64,000 bases of DNA from assembly GCA_965216635.1 (NCBI GenBank), contig OZ244188.1, positions 32,001-96,000 on the forward strand, read 5' to 3'. A program made the position numbers and the translations under genes. Origin of the DNA: a bacterium. Lineage in GTDB: Bacteria > SAR324 > XYD2-FULL-50-16 > G965216635. Below the pieces are notes generated by a model. That model did no database searches, was not told the origin of the DNA, and saw only the letters and a program-made list of their open reading frames with translations. Of the stretch, positions 9,990 through 19,830 are shown one piece after another. Each line of letters starts with the position of its first letter. The first letter of the stretch is position 1.

Positions 9990-10954
9990 TTTTTATCTAC
10001 TGTTAATTTCAAAAATTTTTCATAAATTTTTACTGGGTCAAAAATATTGGCATCAAGCACTGTTCCCCCTGCCATATGCGAATGCCCTCCACCGACGCCT
10101 ATACCTTCTAATAACTCTTGGACTATCAAAGAAGAATTCCAATTGGGAGCTTCGTTTCTGGAAGAAAAATTGACTTTTCCAGCATTTTTTGCACAAAGGA
10201 CAACTAAATCTATCTCTTCTAAAGCTAGCACAAAATCGGCGAGTATACCTAAAGTGTTGATGCTACAACCACCAGGAAAATAACAAAAGGCAATAGTGTT
10301 TTTTGATTGTAGATTCTCAATGAGGTAAATATAATGTTTCAAATCATTAAAAGTAGAAAAATTTCTTAGTATACTTTGCACAAAATCAATATCTGTCTTA
10401 AAATAAAGTTTCGCAAAGTAGTGTAAATCTGTGGAATGAAGTCCCCTTGTAAGATTGGAGGTATCCATATTTAGCCCAATCATAAACGCAGTAGCTATTT
10501 TTGGTGGAATTTCTATTTTCATTTCATCAAAGTAAGAAGCGATGATAGTGCTACAAGAGCCCAACTGATTTCTAATATCTATAAAGCTGATATTTTCTAA
10601 ATCCTTTTTGCTAACTTCGTGATGATCAATCACAGCAACCTCACTTCCTATAAGGTCTGTTACATTTCTATTCCCCTTACATCCATCTACAATGATAATT
10701 TTATCTTTCTCAGTCATTTCTGGATAGGACTGATAGGTTTCTATAGAGAGTTTTTCAATCATTTGGTTTAGGCTATTCCTTTCTATATCGCCTAGGTAGA
10801 CAATTTTGGATTTAATATCAAATTGCTCAAATAAATATTGGAGTCCATAAGCCGAAGCTATGGCGTCGTGGTCGGGGTAGTTATGCGGTTGAATATAAAC
10901 TAATTTTTCTGTCTGAAAACTTTTAATTAGTTTATCAATAGAATTAATTTTCAT
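9986..10954 (-). CDS. DHH-family phosphoesterase
   Basis: HNYPDHDA, IDHH, GGGHSHMAGG. Confidence 0.92.
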   Translation of the reverse strand: MKINSIDKLIKSFQTEKLVYIQPHNYPDHDAIASAYGLQYLFEQFDIKSKIVYLGDIERNSLNQMIEKLSIETYQSYPEMTEKDKIIIVDGCKGNRNVTDLIGSEVAVIDHHEVSKKDLENISFIDIRNQLGSCSTIIASYFDEMKIEIPPKIATAFMIGLNMDTSNLTRGLHSTDLHYFAKLYFKTDIDFVQSILRNFSTFNDLKHYIYLIENLQSKNTIAFCYFPGGCSINTLGILADFVLALEEIDLVVLCAKNAGKVNFSSRNEAPNWNSSLIVQELLEGIGVGGGHSHMAGGTVLDANIFDPVKIYEKFLKLTVDKK

Positions 10955-12293
10955 TTTTATTTTCGCTTAGTGTAGTTCCCCAAAGTGAATGTGTTTTTTT
11001 TCCTTGAATTTTCACACGGATAAAATCGCCTACCTTAATATTACTAGAAATCTCTTTTTTAACGCTAATAGAAATATTCTCTTCACTCCTACCAATAAAA
11101 AAATCCATTTTTTTAGGGTGCACGCCTTCAATCAAAACTTTTTTTTCAAGACCCACAAGCATTTCAAATTTACGACTACGAATTGTTTCAAAAAGATTTA
11201 AGACTTTCGCTAATCTTTCTTCTTTTGTTTTTTGTAAAACATCATCTTTCATTTTAGATGCTCTTGTTTGGGGACGAGAAGAATACTTAAACGCATAGAC
11301 TTGGTTGAATTTTATAGTTTTCAAAACAGCAAGTGTTTTTTGAAAATCCTCTTCGCTCTCGCTAGGAAAACCCACGATTAAATCTGTACTTAAAGAAATT
11401 TCGGGGATTATTTTTTTAAGATAGCGAATTTTTTTTAAGTATTCTTCTATAGTATGTCCTCGTCGCATCAAATGCAAAATAGAGTTAGAACCTGATTGAT
11501 AAGGTAGATGCAACTGATTACAAATTTTCGGCTGACTTGCCATCAAATCTGTTAGTTTATTGTTCCAGTCTTTTGGGTGAGGAGAAGTAAAGCGAATTCT
11601 TCGCAATCCTTCTATTTCGGATAGGCTTTTTAACAAATGATAAAAATCTACATCTCCAGCCTTATAGGAATTAACATTCTGCCCTAAAAGAATAATTTCT
11701 TTAATCCCTTGCTTTACTAAATTATCCGCCTCTAAAAGTATATTATCTACACTCCTACTAACTTCTCTACCTCGGGTAAAAGGAACAACGCAAAAAGAAC
11801 AAAAATTATCACAGCCCTTTGTGATAGAAAGATAGGCTTTGCAGCCTTGAATGTAGGGTTTGTTTATATCTTCAAAAGGGACAAAATTTTGTATTTTTTT
11901 TTCACGAGGCATCCATTGAGTTTTCAAAACTCTCTGTCCTTGTTCTACTTCTGCTAACATCTCAAGCAAACTATTGTAATTGTCCGTTCCAAAAACTAAA
12001 TCTACAATAGGCTCTCTCTTTAAAATATTTGCGCCTTCTTGCTGAGCGACGCAACCGCCTACTCCAATAATTAAATTTTTATTCTTTTTTTTTAAATTTT
12101 TAGCCCTACCTAAAAAACTATAAATTTTATTTTCAGGAGCATTACGCACAGAGCAACTATTGAGTAAAATGAGGTTTGCGTCTTCTACCCCCTGGACTAG
12201 CTTATAACCTCCTTTGGTAAGCAGGTGCGCCATTCTCTGACTGTCGTATTCATTCATCTGGCAACCGAAAGTGTGGATGAAGGCTTTTTTCAT
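10944..12293 (-). CDS. miaB: tRNA-2-methylthio-N6-dimethylallyladenosine synthase
   Basis: TFGCQMNEYDS, NSCSVR, GCDNFCSFCVVPFTRGRE radical SAM motif, TRAM-like C-terminus. Confidence 0.97.
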   Translation of the reverse strand: MKKAFIHTFGCQMNEYDSQRMAHLLTKGGYKLVQGVEDANLILLNSCSVRNAPENKIYSFLGRAKNLKKKNKNLIIGVGGCVAQQEGANILKREPIVDLVFGTDNYNSLLEMLAEVEQGQRVLKTQWMPREKKIQNFVPFEDINKPYIQGCKAYLSITKGCDNFCSFCVVPFTRGREVSRSVDNILLEADNLVKQGIKEIILLGQNVNSYKAGDVDFYHLLKSLSEIEGLRRIRFTSPHPKDWNNKLTDLMASQPKICNQLHLPYQSGSNSILHLMRRGHTIEEYLKKIRYLKKIIPEISLSTDLIVGFPSESEEDFQKTLAVLKTIKFNQVYAFKYSSRPQTRASKMKDDVLQKTKEERLAKVLNLFETIRSRKFEMLVGLEKKVLIEGVHPKKMDFFIGRSEENISISVKKEISSNIKVGDFIRVKIQGKKTHSLWGTTLSENKNEN

Positions 12294-12355
12294 AGTTCTT
12301 TTACTGGTTTTTTCTACTTATTTATTTTTTCTGCTTATTTATTCTATTGGGGAAA

Positions 12356-12643
12356 TCAAATATCATCAGCAATAGATTGTTTTAAATTTTTTGCAGGGTA
12401 AAAGGTGATGGCGTATCGTTTAGAAATTTTATATTCTTCTTTTGTTTTAGGGTTTCTTCCTATCCTTTCTTTTTTTTTACGCAAAACAAAGCTACCAAAA
12501 TTTCTAATCATTAGTTTTTTTTTATCTAACAAAACTTCTTCCAAACAAGTAAGCATGGCATCTATATACTGCTTGGCTTGAGTATAGCTTATTTTGCCAA
12601 CTAATTCTTCTGATAGGCGGCGGATTAAATCCTCTTTAACCAT
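12356..12643 (-). CDS. IHF/HU-family DNA-binding protein
   Basis: IRNFGSF...KERIGRNPKT. Confidence 0.93.
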   Translation of the reverse strand: MVKEDLIRRLSEELVGKISYTQAKQYIDAMLTCLEEVLLDKKKLMIRNFGSFVLRKKKERIGRNPKTKEEYKISKRYAITFYPAKNLKQSIADDI

Positions 12644-12850
12644 AGTAGAGGTGTGCTCGTTTATTTATTCATAGGTGATTTAAAATGGAATAATATATTT
12701 TTGCTACAAATAGTGCAAGAAAAAACAACAATTTTTTTTTTTAGTTTGTATATTTATTTTTTAAGCTATAGTGAGATATATTCAAGGAAATTTTTTATTC
12801 AAAGGTCTATTGAAATACTCTTATTGCTGAACGCAAAATAAGGACTATGG

Positions 12851-12884
12851 AAAAAGCTCCGCTGGAGCTTTTTTATTTTTTTTT
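12851..12884 (+). terminator. Intrinsic-terminator-like hairpin in the putA upstream region
   Basis: AAAAAGCTCC-GCT-GGAGCTTTTT followed by a T-rich run. Confidence 0.6.
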
Positions 12885-13006
12885 TGTGGATTACCCAGAC
12901 TTGCCGTGTTTTGCACTACAAGGATAAAAAATTTGATAGAGACTCTTGACCAGCTTTCCTCTATAGTGCCTAATTTAAAGGTTTCGGGTATTTTGAAAAA
13001 AAAACA

Positions 13007-16000
13007 ATGCGACAGTCTATCCAAAACACAGAAACTTCAGAAATTCTACACAAAACCATTCTACTGGCAACAAGTTGGCAAAATTTTAGCACCAACCTAC
13101 TTACCAAAAAAGAACGCAAACAACAACAAATGATGAGGCGCATGCTCAATCATCCATCTGATAAAACTATTATCCTGCACTTAATGGATCAAAGTTTCCG
13201 CTCTGAAAATTCAAAACGGGCAGTCAATCAGTTTCAATATTTATTACAACAATATGGAATACCACATTTTTTTCCGAAAACAGAACAGTGGCTGCTTAAA
13301 ATTTTTTTAAAGTTAGGGCATTTTTTTCCTAAAATTTCCCATTCACAAATTTTGAGAAAAATCCATAAAGACGCCAGCCGTAATGTTCTTTCAGAAGAAT
13401 CTAAATTTCTAAAAAAACATCTAAAAAAAAGAAAAGCAGAAAACATAGAGGTCAATCTCAATCATTTAGGGGAATCTGTATTGGGCGATGGAGAAGCAAA
13501 AAATCGCTTGCAGCATTACGCATCTTCACTTCGCAACCCTGAGATAAATACCATTTCTATTAAAATTTCTAATCTAGCAGCCCAACTTCATCCGCTTGGT
13601 TTTGACGACGAACTAGATTTAATTTGTGAGAGACTTGGCAGTCTTTATCGTGTAGCAATGCAAAATCCAGTATATGGTAGCGATGGTAGTCGCAAAGCAA
13701 AATTTATCAATTTAGATATGGAAAGCTATTACGATTTGGATTTGACAATGAGTGCTTTTATGCGTGTTTTAGACAAACTAGAATTTAAAAATTTGAGTGC
13801 TGGAATTGTTTTACAAGCCTATCTCCCAGACTCTTTTTTATACCAACAGAGGCTAGTGAGCTGGGCAAAAAATCGTTTGTCTAAGGGAGGTAGTCCTGTA
13901 AAAATGCGGTTGGTCAAGGGCGCCAATTTGGCTATGGAAAAGCTAGAATCAGAATTATCTGGTTGGCAATGCACTGTTTTTGATTCCAAGATAGAAACCG
14001 ATGCTAATTTCAAACGGATGTTAGAATTTGCACTTAAACCACAAAACATCAAAGCAGTGCATTTAGGTTTAGCTTCGCACAATCTGTTTGATTTGGCTTA
14101 CACCTATTGTCTTGCCGAGCAACTAGGTATTAAAGAAGGTTTGGTTTTTGAGATGTTAGAAGGTATGGGCGAGCATTACTTAAGGACTTTAAAAAATACA
14201 CTAAAAGAAACAGCAAAAAACTTAAAAATACTGCTCTATACTCCAGTAGCAAGTAAGAAGCAATTTATTCATTCCATAGCTTACTTGGTGCGAAGGTTGG
14301 ATGAAAATACAGGTTACGATAACTTTTTACGGCATTCCTTTGATATGCAGGTAGGCTCTAATGAATGGAAATTTTTAGAAAAACAATTTTTATCTGCCTG
14401 TAGTCTTAAAGATAGACTGCCTTTTAAACCCCGCCGCAAACAAAATCGTACCCAAGAAATCCCAAAAAAAAAACTTGGCACTTTCGCTGAACCTGTTTTT
14501 CAAAACGAACCAGATACAGATTGGGTGCTTCCTAAAAATAGAGAGTGGGCTAATCAAATTCGCCAAAAATGGCAACCAACCAAAAACAGCAGACTACAAA
14601 AAATTCCTCTTATACTAGGCAAAAAAGTGGTGCAAACAAAACGCAAAAAACAAGAATTTTTTGACCCATCAAACCCACAAATGCCTGCGGTTTTTTCCGT
14701 TGCCCTTGCTACAAAAATGGATGTGAAGCGAGCAGTAAAAATTGCTAAAGATGATGCTTCAAAATGGCGAAAAACAACTCTCTTAAAAAGACACAAATTG
14801 CTTGAAAAAGTCGCTCATAATCTGCGTAAAAAAAGAGGTGATTTGATAGGAATAGCCGCTGCCGTTTGTGCTAAAACCTTTTACGAAGCAGACACTGAAA
14901 TTTCAGAAGCGATTGATTTTATTGAATACTACCCTCATTCTTTGAGTTTAATAGAAAAAAAAACTTCCATCAAACTTTCACCTTTGGGGGTGATTTTGGT
15001 AATTTCTCCGTGGAATTTTCCCATTGCAATTTCTAGCGGAGGGATAGCTGCTAGTCTTGCTGCTGGTAATACGGTTTTATTCAAACCGTCACCATTAGCC
15101 TTTCCAGTAGCGGCAGAAATTGTAAAATGTTTTTGGGACGCTGGAATTTCGCGTGAAGTTTTACAACTTATCACTTGCGAAGAAGGAGAAGCAATGCAAA
15201 CTCTTAGCAGAGACTCAGGTATTCATTCTGTTATTTTTACTGGAGGAACCGAAACCGCATTGAAACTGCTCGCGCAGAGACCTGATCAGAAATTGGTGGC
15301 AGAGACAGGGGGTAAAAATGCAATGATTGTAACCGCTATGGCTGATAGAGATCAAGCAGTAGAGCATATTTTACATTCTGCATTTAGTCATAGCGGACAA
15401 AAATGCTCTGCTACTTCACTGCTTATTTTAGAAAAAGAAATTTATGAGGACAGTGCTTTTCGCAAACAATTATTAGATGCCATTCGGACTTTAAAAGTAG
15501 GCTCTGTTTGGAATTTTGCTAATAAAATGGGACCCTTAATTAGAAAACCAATGAAGCATTTAAGAAAAGGGCTGAAATTTTTAGAAGCGGGCGAAAGTTG
15601 GGCTTTAGCACCAAAATTTAATAAAAAAAATCCTAAACTTATGTATCCTACAGTAAAATGGGGAGTGAAGTCGGGAAGTTTTTCACACCGAACAGAGTTT
15701 TTCTTTCCTTTGCTTTCAGTAATGAAAGCTGAATCTCTAGAAGATGCAATTGAAATTGCAAATCGTACAGGTTATGGATTAACTGCAGGATTGGAGAGTT
15801 TAGATTTCCGTGAGCAAAAAATTTTCTCTGAAACAATAGAAGCGGGTAATCTTTATATCAATCGGACAACTACTGGAGCGATTGTTTTACGCCAACCATT
15901 CGGGGGGATAAAACTATCTTCCATAGGGTCTGGCATCAAAGCTGGGGGTCCCAATTATGCTATTCAGTTTTGTGAAATAGAAGATGGAGTGAATCCTACT

Positions 16001-16702
16001 CAAAACTCCCTACAAGAAAAATTAGGGCAAGAAAAATTAGGGCAAGAAAAATTAGGGCAAGAAAAATTAGGGCAAGAAAAATTAGGGCAAGAAAAATCCG
16101 AATGGTTTGTCTTTGCTAGAAACTGGCAAAAACAACTCGCTAAATATCAGCATCTCAAAATCCGTAGCGAATTTAAAAAAATTATACAAGCAATTTATAG
16201 CTGTCTCTACAACTACGAGCAAGAATTTTCTAAAGAGCAAGATTTTTTTTCTCTAGCAGGGCAAAGTAATTTGTTTCGTTATCATCCGATTGGAAAAGTC
16301 GCCGTGCGATTGCACGCAGAGGATTCTTTATTTGAAACATTGATTCGGATAGCAGCAGCGAGTATTGCAAAATGCAAAGTGGAAGTGAGCTTTCCTCCTA
16401 ATCTTAAAAATTCCGTTACTCAATTTCTAGTGGTTCTTAAAAACAAACATAGTTCTTTAGAATATTATACAGAAAGTGATAAAGAATTAAGCCAGAGGCT
16501 GGTTGAAATAGACCGTTTGAGATACGCCCATCCCCAGCGTGTTCCCAGTGTTATCTACCGAGCAGCAGCCAAGCTAGGAAAATCTATTTCCCGTGATATC
16601 CCGCTTATGGAGGGGCGTATAGAAATGCTGCGATATCTTTACGAACAAAGTTTATCAGTAGATTATCATCGCTACGGAAATTTAGGGCGTAGTGAAAAAT
16701 AG
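13007..16702 (+). CDS. putA: Bifunctional proline dehydrogenase / P5C dehydrogenase
   Basis: NLDME, VLQAYL, RLVKGAN, ASHNLFD, FEMLEGM, YLVRRLDEN; ALDH motifs ISPWNFP, AETGGKNA, SGQKCSA, QPFGG. Confidence 0.96.
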   Translation: MRQSIQNTETSEILHKTILLATSWQNFSTNLLTKKERKQQQMMRRMLNHPSDKTIILHLMDQSFRSENSKRAVNQFQYLLQQYGIPHFFPKTEQWLLKIFLKLGHFFPKISHSQILRKIHKDASRNVLSEESKFLKKHLKKRKAENIEVNLNHLGESVLGDGEAKNRLQHYASSLRNPEINTISIKISNLAAQLHPLGFDDELDLICERLGSLYRVAMQNPVYGSDGSRKAKFINLDMESYYDLDLTMSAFMRVLDKLEFKNLSAGIVLQAYLPDSFLYQQRLVSWAKNRLSKGGSPVKMRLVKGANLAMEKLESELSGWQCTVFDSKIETDANFKRMLEFALKPQNIKAVHLGLASHNLFDLAYTYCLAEQLGIKEGLVFEMLEGMGEHYLRTLKNTLKETAKNLKILLYTPVASKKQFIHSIAYLVRRLDENTGYDNFLRHSFDMQVGSNEWKFLEKQFLSACSLKDRLPFKPRRKQNRTQEIPKKKLGTFAEPVFQNEPDTDWVLPKNREWANQIRQKWQPTKNSRLQKIPLILGKKVVQTKRKKQEFFDPSNPQMPAVFSVALATKMDVKRAVKIAKDDASKWRKTTLLKRHKLLEKVAHNLRKKRGDLIGIAAAVCAKTFYEADTEISEAIDFIEYYPHSLSLIEKKTSIKLSPLGVILVISPWNFPIAISSGGIAASLAAGNTVLFKPSPLAFPVAAEIVKCFWDAGISREVLQLITCEEGEAMQTLSRDSGIHSVIFTGGTETALKLLAQRPDQKLVAETGGKNAMIVTAMADRDQAVEHILHSAFSHSGQKCSATSLLILEKEIYEDSAFRKQLLDAIRTLKVGSVWNFANKMGPLIRKPMKHLRKGLKFLEAGESWALAPKFNKKNPKLMYPTVKWGVKSGSFSHRTEFFFPLLSVMKAESLEDAIEIANRTGYGLTAGLESLDFREQKIFSETIEAGNLYINRTTTGAIVLRQPFGGIKLSSIGSGIKAGGPNYAIQFCEIEDGVNPTQNSLQEKLGQEKLGQEKLGQEKLGQEKLGQEKSEWFVFARNWQKQLAKYQHLKIRSEFKKIIQAIYSCLYNYEQEFSKEQDFFSLAGQSNLFRYHPIGKVAVRLHAEDSLFETLIRIAAASIAKCKVEVSFPPNLKNSVTQFLVVLKNKHSSLEYYTESDKELSQRLVEIDRLRYAHPQRVPSVIYRAAAKLGKSISRDIPLMEGRIEMLRYLYEQSLSVDYHRYGNLGRSEK
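16013..16097 (+). repeat. In-frame 15-bp tandem repeat in putA (QEKLG x5+)
   Basis: CAAGAAAAATTAGGG x5 plus a partial copy. Confidence 0.97.
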
Positions 16703-16714
16703 CTTAAAATTTAA

Positions 16715-17005
16715 TAGACTTTTGAATTTGCCAAATAGGACAAAACTAGCTGTGACGGCTAGATTTTGGTAAAATCTAGCTAAACTAGGAAAAGCTCTCA
16801 TTATGTTTTGTTTGACATCAATGCTATATTTGGCTAGATTTTGGTAAAATCTAGCTAAACTAGGAAAAGCTCTCATTATGTTTTGTTTGACATCAATGCT
16901 ATATTTGGCTAGACTTTGGTAAAGTCTAGCTAAACTAGACACAACCTAGACAAACTAGGAAATGTTTTTTATAAACCTTTGAATTTCTTAGAAATCAAAA
17001 GGCTA
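16715..17005. mobile_element. MITE copy carrying a 75-bp internal tandem repeat with hairpins
   Basis: Left TIR at 16715; GGCTAGA units at 16757, 16832, 16907; degenerate right end GAAATCAAAAGGCTA. Confidence 0.75.
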
Positions 17006-17029
17006 TTTTAATTTAAACTAAAAAAAATT

Positions 17030-18202
17030 ATGAAAATAATTAAAAAAAGGACGCTAAAAATAGCGTTCTATGCTTCTAATGGGGCTTCCAATGGAGGATT
17101 CCATGGTAGCTTCCAGTGGGGTTTCCAATGGAATAAGGTTCTATTGTTAGGTGCGGTTTTGTTGAGTTTTCAGTTTGTAGGAAATCTGCAGGCACAGGAC
17201 AGCCAAACAAGTAAAATTGGTAAAGGCGGTTGGTTTATTGGGTTAACTCCCTATGCTTTGGGTCTTTCGGAGTCAAAGACTTCTGCTCGTATAACAAGTA
17301 ATCCTACAGGTGTCACAACAGATAGTGGGGCTGGATTTAGCTTTACTGCTGTAGCTCCTAGTGATGCAAACCTTGGTGCGACTGGATCTCAAGCCCACGC
17401 ACAAGCAGCAGCCGTAAGTCTTTGTAAGACTGGCTTTGCTATACCCGCAACTGACAATACAGACGCCACCAATACTGATTTTGGTGGTTTTCGATTCGCC
17501 CCAGCTGATGGAACCTATGATGGCAATGTCTACCAATTTAATGTTTCCACACACTGTAGAGATTATTTTGCTGGGCTTTTAGCCAATGCTACCCAAGTTG
17601 TCCCATTCCAATCACCAGAAGCCTCAAAACCAGCGACAGCAAAATGGAGCGGTGCCGGCTTGCACTTCGGCTGGCAGTTTCCCGAAGGAGATAGAGTAGG
17701 GTTGCAGCTACACAACTGGAAAGGAGATGGTACCGAGGTGAGTAGCCAGATTGCAATCTACGACTATTTTTTTCCCAAAGGCTTTTATGCGGGACTAGGA
17801 ATTGGAACTCTGCAACTCAAAGCACTAGGCAAAACAGAAAGCCAAAGAGCAACAGCTGTGAATCTGGGTTGGCAGTATTCTATTAAAGAAAATCTCAAGT
17901 TGGAATTAGGCTACCTTCTTTTGAACGGTGAGGTAACAGTTAAAAAAGAAACCAGAGCAACCAGAAATGTAGTGATTTCCAGAGCAGAAGTGCCAACACA
18001 AGTTGTATATTTGGGGTTTCACTCTGCCAGTTATAGCGTGTCCTGTGTTGGGAGTCCTTGTTCTTTACTGGGCGATGGAGTAAGAGTTACTAGCGAGCCA
18101 CTCACTCGGGAAATATCAGGAGAACAAGAAATAATAGAAACCCAAGAAGTAACCGTCTCCAAACCATCTGTGATCTATATCCGCTTGAGCCTCAGCTTTT
18201 AA
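17030..18202 (+). CDS. Outer-membrane beta-barrel protein, variable family copy 1
   Basis: Signal peptide ending NLQAQ, GWFIG strand, GLHFGW...DYFFPKGFYAGLG...NLGWQY...LELGY core, terminal IRLSLSF. Confidence 0.85.
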   Translation: MKIIKKRTLKIAFYASNGASNGGFHGSFQWGFQWNKVLLLGAVLLSFQFVGNLQAQDSQTSKIGKGGWFIGLTPYALGLSESKTSARITSNPTGVTTDSGAGFSFTAVAPSDANLGATGSQAHAQAAAVSLCKTGFAIPATDNTDATNTDFGGFRFAPADGTYDGNVYQFNVSTHCRDYFAGLLANATQVVPFQSPEASKPATAKWSGAGLHFGWQFPEGDRVGLQLHNWKGDGTEVSSQIAIYDYFFPKGFYAGLGIGTLQLKALGKTESQRATAVNLGWQYSIKENLKLELGYLLLNGEVTVKKETRATRNVVISRAEVPTQVVYLGFHSASYSVSCVGSPCSLLGDGVRVTSEPLTREISGEQEIIETQEVTVSKPSVIYIRLSLSF

Positions 18203-18317
18203 GAACCTGTAGGATGTTTTTTTTCCAACCTGCAAGGGGCATTTTTTTTGCCAAAATGGTTGCTTAGTCAACCATTTGGAGCAAAAAATGTGTCCCCGTT
18301 CTTAAAGAAGAAGGGGT
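18203..18317. repeat. OMP-associated REP-like palindromic element (family 2)
   Basis: CTGTAGG...GGGGCATTTTTT...CCAAAATGGTTG/CAACCATTTGG...AAAAAATGTGTCCCCGTTCTTAAAGAAGA; recurs at 19831, 22187, 23661. Confidence 0.75.
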
Positions 18318-18328
18318 TTAAAGGTCTA

Positions 18329-18546
18329 TATACTTTTGAATTAACCAAATAGGACAAAACCAGCTGTTTTAGCTAGACTTTGGTAAAGTCTAGCTAAACT
18401 AGGAAAAGCTCTCATTATGTTTTGTTTGACATCAATGCTATATTTGGCTAGACTTTGGTAAAGTCTAGCTAAACTAGACACAACCTAGACAAACTAGGGA
18501 AATGTTTTTTATAAACCTTTGAATTTCTTAGAAATTCAAAAGGCTA
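18329..18546. mobile_element. MITE copy paralogous to 16715..17005, with one fewer 75-bp unit
   Basis: Near-identical internal sequence to 16832..17005. Confidence 0.75.
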
Positions 18547-18560
18547 TTTTAATTTAAACT

Positions 18561-18617
18561 TAGACTTTTGAATTTGCATTTTGTTTAGTCTAAACAGAAC
18601 GCAAATTCAATAGTCTC
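18561..18617. mobile_element. 57-bp minimal MITE with AAACT target-site duplication
   Basis: AAACT on both sides; the paralogous site at 17015-17019 is empty with a single AAACT. Confidence 0.9.
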
Positions 18618-18633
18618 AAACTTAAAAATAATC

Positions 18634-19830
18634 ATGAAAATCATGAAAATAATTAAAAAAAGGACGCTAAAAATAGCGTCAAATGCTTCCAATGGGGCTT
18701 TCCAATGGGCTGGCTTCCAATGGACATTACTGTTAGGTGCGGTTTTGTTGAGTTTTCAGTTTGTAGGAAATCTGCAGGCGCAGGAAGCTCCAGAGATAGT
18801 ATCCCAAAAGGGTTGGTTTGTAGGGGTTAATCCTCTGATTTTTGGGGCGAACAAGATAGAAACCAAAACAACTGTAGTAAGTACAGGAGGAGGAGAAGTT
18901 ACGGTGGGTGATTTGACTGCCGATGGCCGTAACCTTGAATATCGTCGTTTAGAAGACTCGCAAAATATAGCAAGAGATCTTTGTGCGGGCACTTTGCCTA
19001 TGGATACTATGGACGCCTTGGAAATATTTTATCTGGCATCGGACAGAATCGACGCAACAGATCTTGCTTTAGGTAATGGCGGTGTATTTGAAGCTGTTAG
19101 GTTTTGGAAAAACGGAAAAAAACAACTGTTCAGTAGAGATGTAGGTGATTTAGTAGACACAGAGTTAAAAAATGTAAGTCCTATCGCAGACGACGAATGC
19201 GAAAAAGACTTTACTGGATTGCTTTTAGAAGATCAAGCTTCTACTGGTGGCTCTTCAGAAACCAGCACAGGAAAAGCCCTAGCGGGCAACGGCTTGCAAG
19301 TGGGCTACAGAGACGGTGACTATAGATATTCTCTTTCAAACTTCTCTTGGGCAGCTGGAGCAGATAAGCTAGATTCCCAAGTGCTTTTGCTAGAGTATTT
19401 TATAGCTAAGGGTTTTTCGGCGGGAATAGGAGTGGCGAATGTTAAGCTAGATTCTAGTGCTGGACTCCATTCACAAAGAGCTAATGTTTATAGTTTGAGC
19501 TACCATTACCCTATCTGGAAAAATCTTTTTGTAGAAGCGAGCTATATGCTTATCTCAGCCGATATTTCCGTGCAAAAAGAGGAGCTAAAAGTATTTGAAG
19601 AAGTCAATCAAACAGATACCAGAGAGATAGGGTTTTATGTGAATCAATCAACGTCTACTGGAAATCCAATATTTGCTCTTAATTGGACAGAGGTAGGAAC
19701 ATTACGCGATAACAGAGTTACCGTAACCCGAACCCAAACCAGAGCAGCTACCACAAGAGCAACCACAAAATCAGTGAAAATAAAAAACCCAGCTGCCTTT
19801 AGAATAAATTTCATCTGGCGCTTTTTTTAA
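18634..19830 (+). CDS. Outer-membrane beta-barrel protein, variable family copy 2
   Basis: Signal peptide nearly identical to copy 1; GWFVG; GLQVGY...EYFIAKGFSAGIG core; terminal FRINFIWRFF. Confidence 0.85.
   Translation: MKIMKIIKKRTLKIASNASNGAFQWAGFQWTLLLGAVLLSFQFVGNLQAQEAPEIVSQKGWFVGVNPLIFGANKIETKTTVVSTGGGEVTVGDLTADGRNLEYRRLEDSQNIARDLCAGTLPMDTMDALEIFYLASDRIDATDLALGNGGVFEAVRFWKNGKKQLFSRDVGDLVDTELKNVSPIADDECEKDFTGLLLEDQASTGGSSETSTGKALAGNGLQVGYRDGDYRYSLSNFSWAAGADKLDSQVLLLEYFIAKGFSAGIGVANVKLDSSAGLHSQRANVYSLSYHYPIWKNLFVEASYMLISADISVQKEELKVFEEVNQTDTREIGFYVNQSTSTGNPIFALNWTEVGTLRDNRVTVTRTQTRAATTRATTKSVKIKNPAAFRINFIWRFF

Noticed and set aside
12653..13133. ORFs 12653..12841 and 12906..13133, or a frameshifted putA N-terminus
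   Set aside because: GTG starts, low-complexity intergenic or overlapping sequence; PutA looks complete from 13007.
16757..16940. CRISPR array from the 75-bp hairpin repeat
   Set aside because: The would-be spacers are identical and the repeat lies within a MITE.
16682..16942. 86-aa minus-strand ORF
   Set aside because: Translation of the 75-bp repeat inside a MITE.
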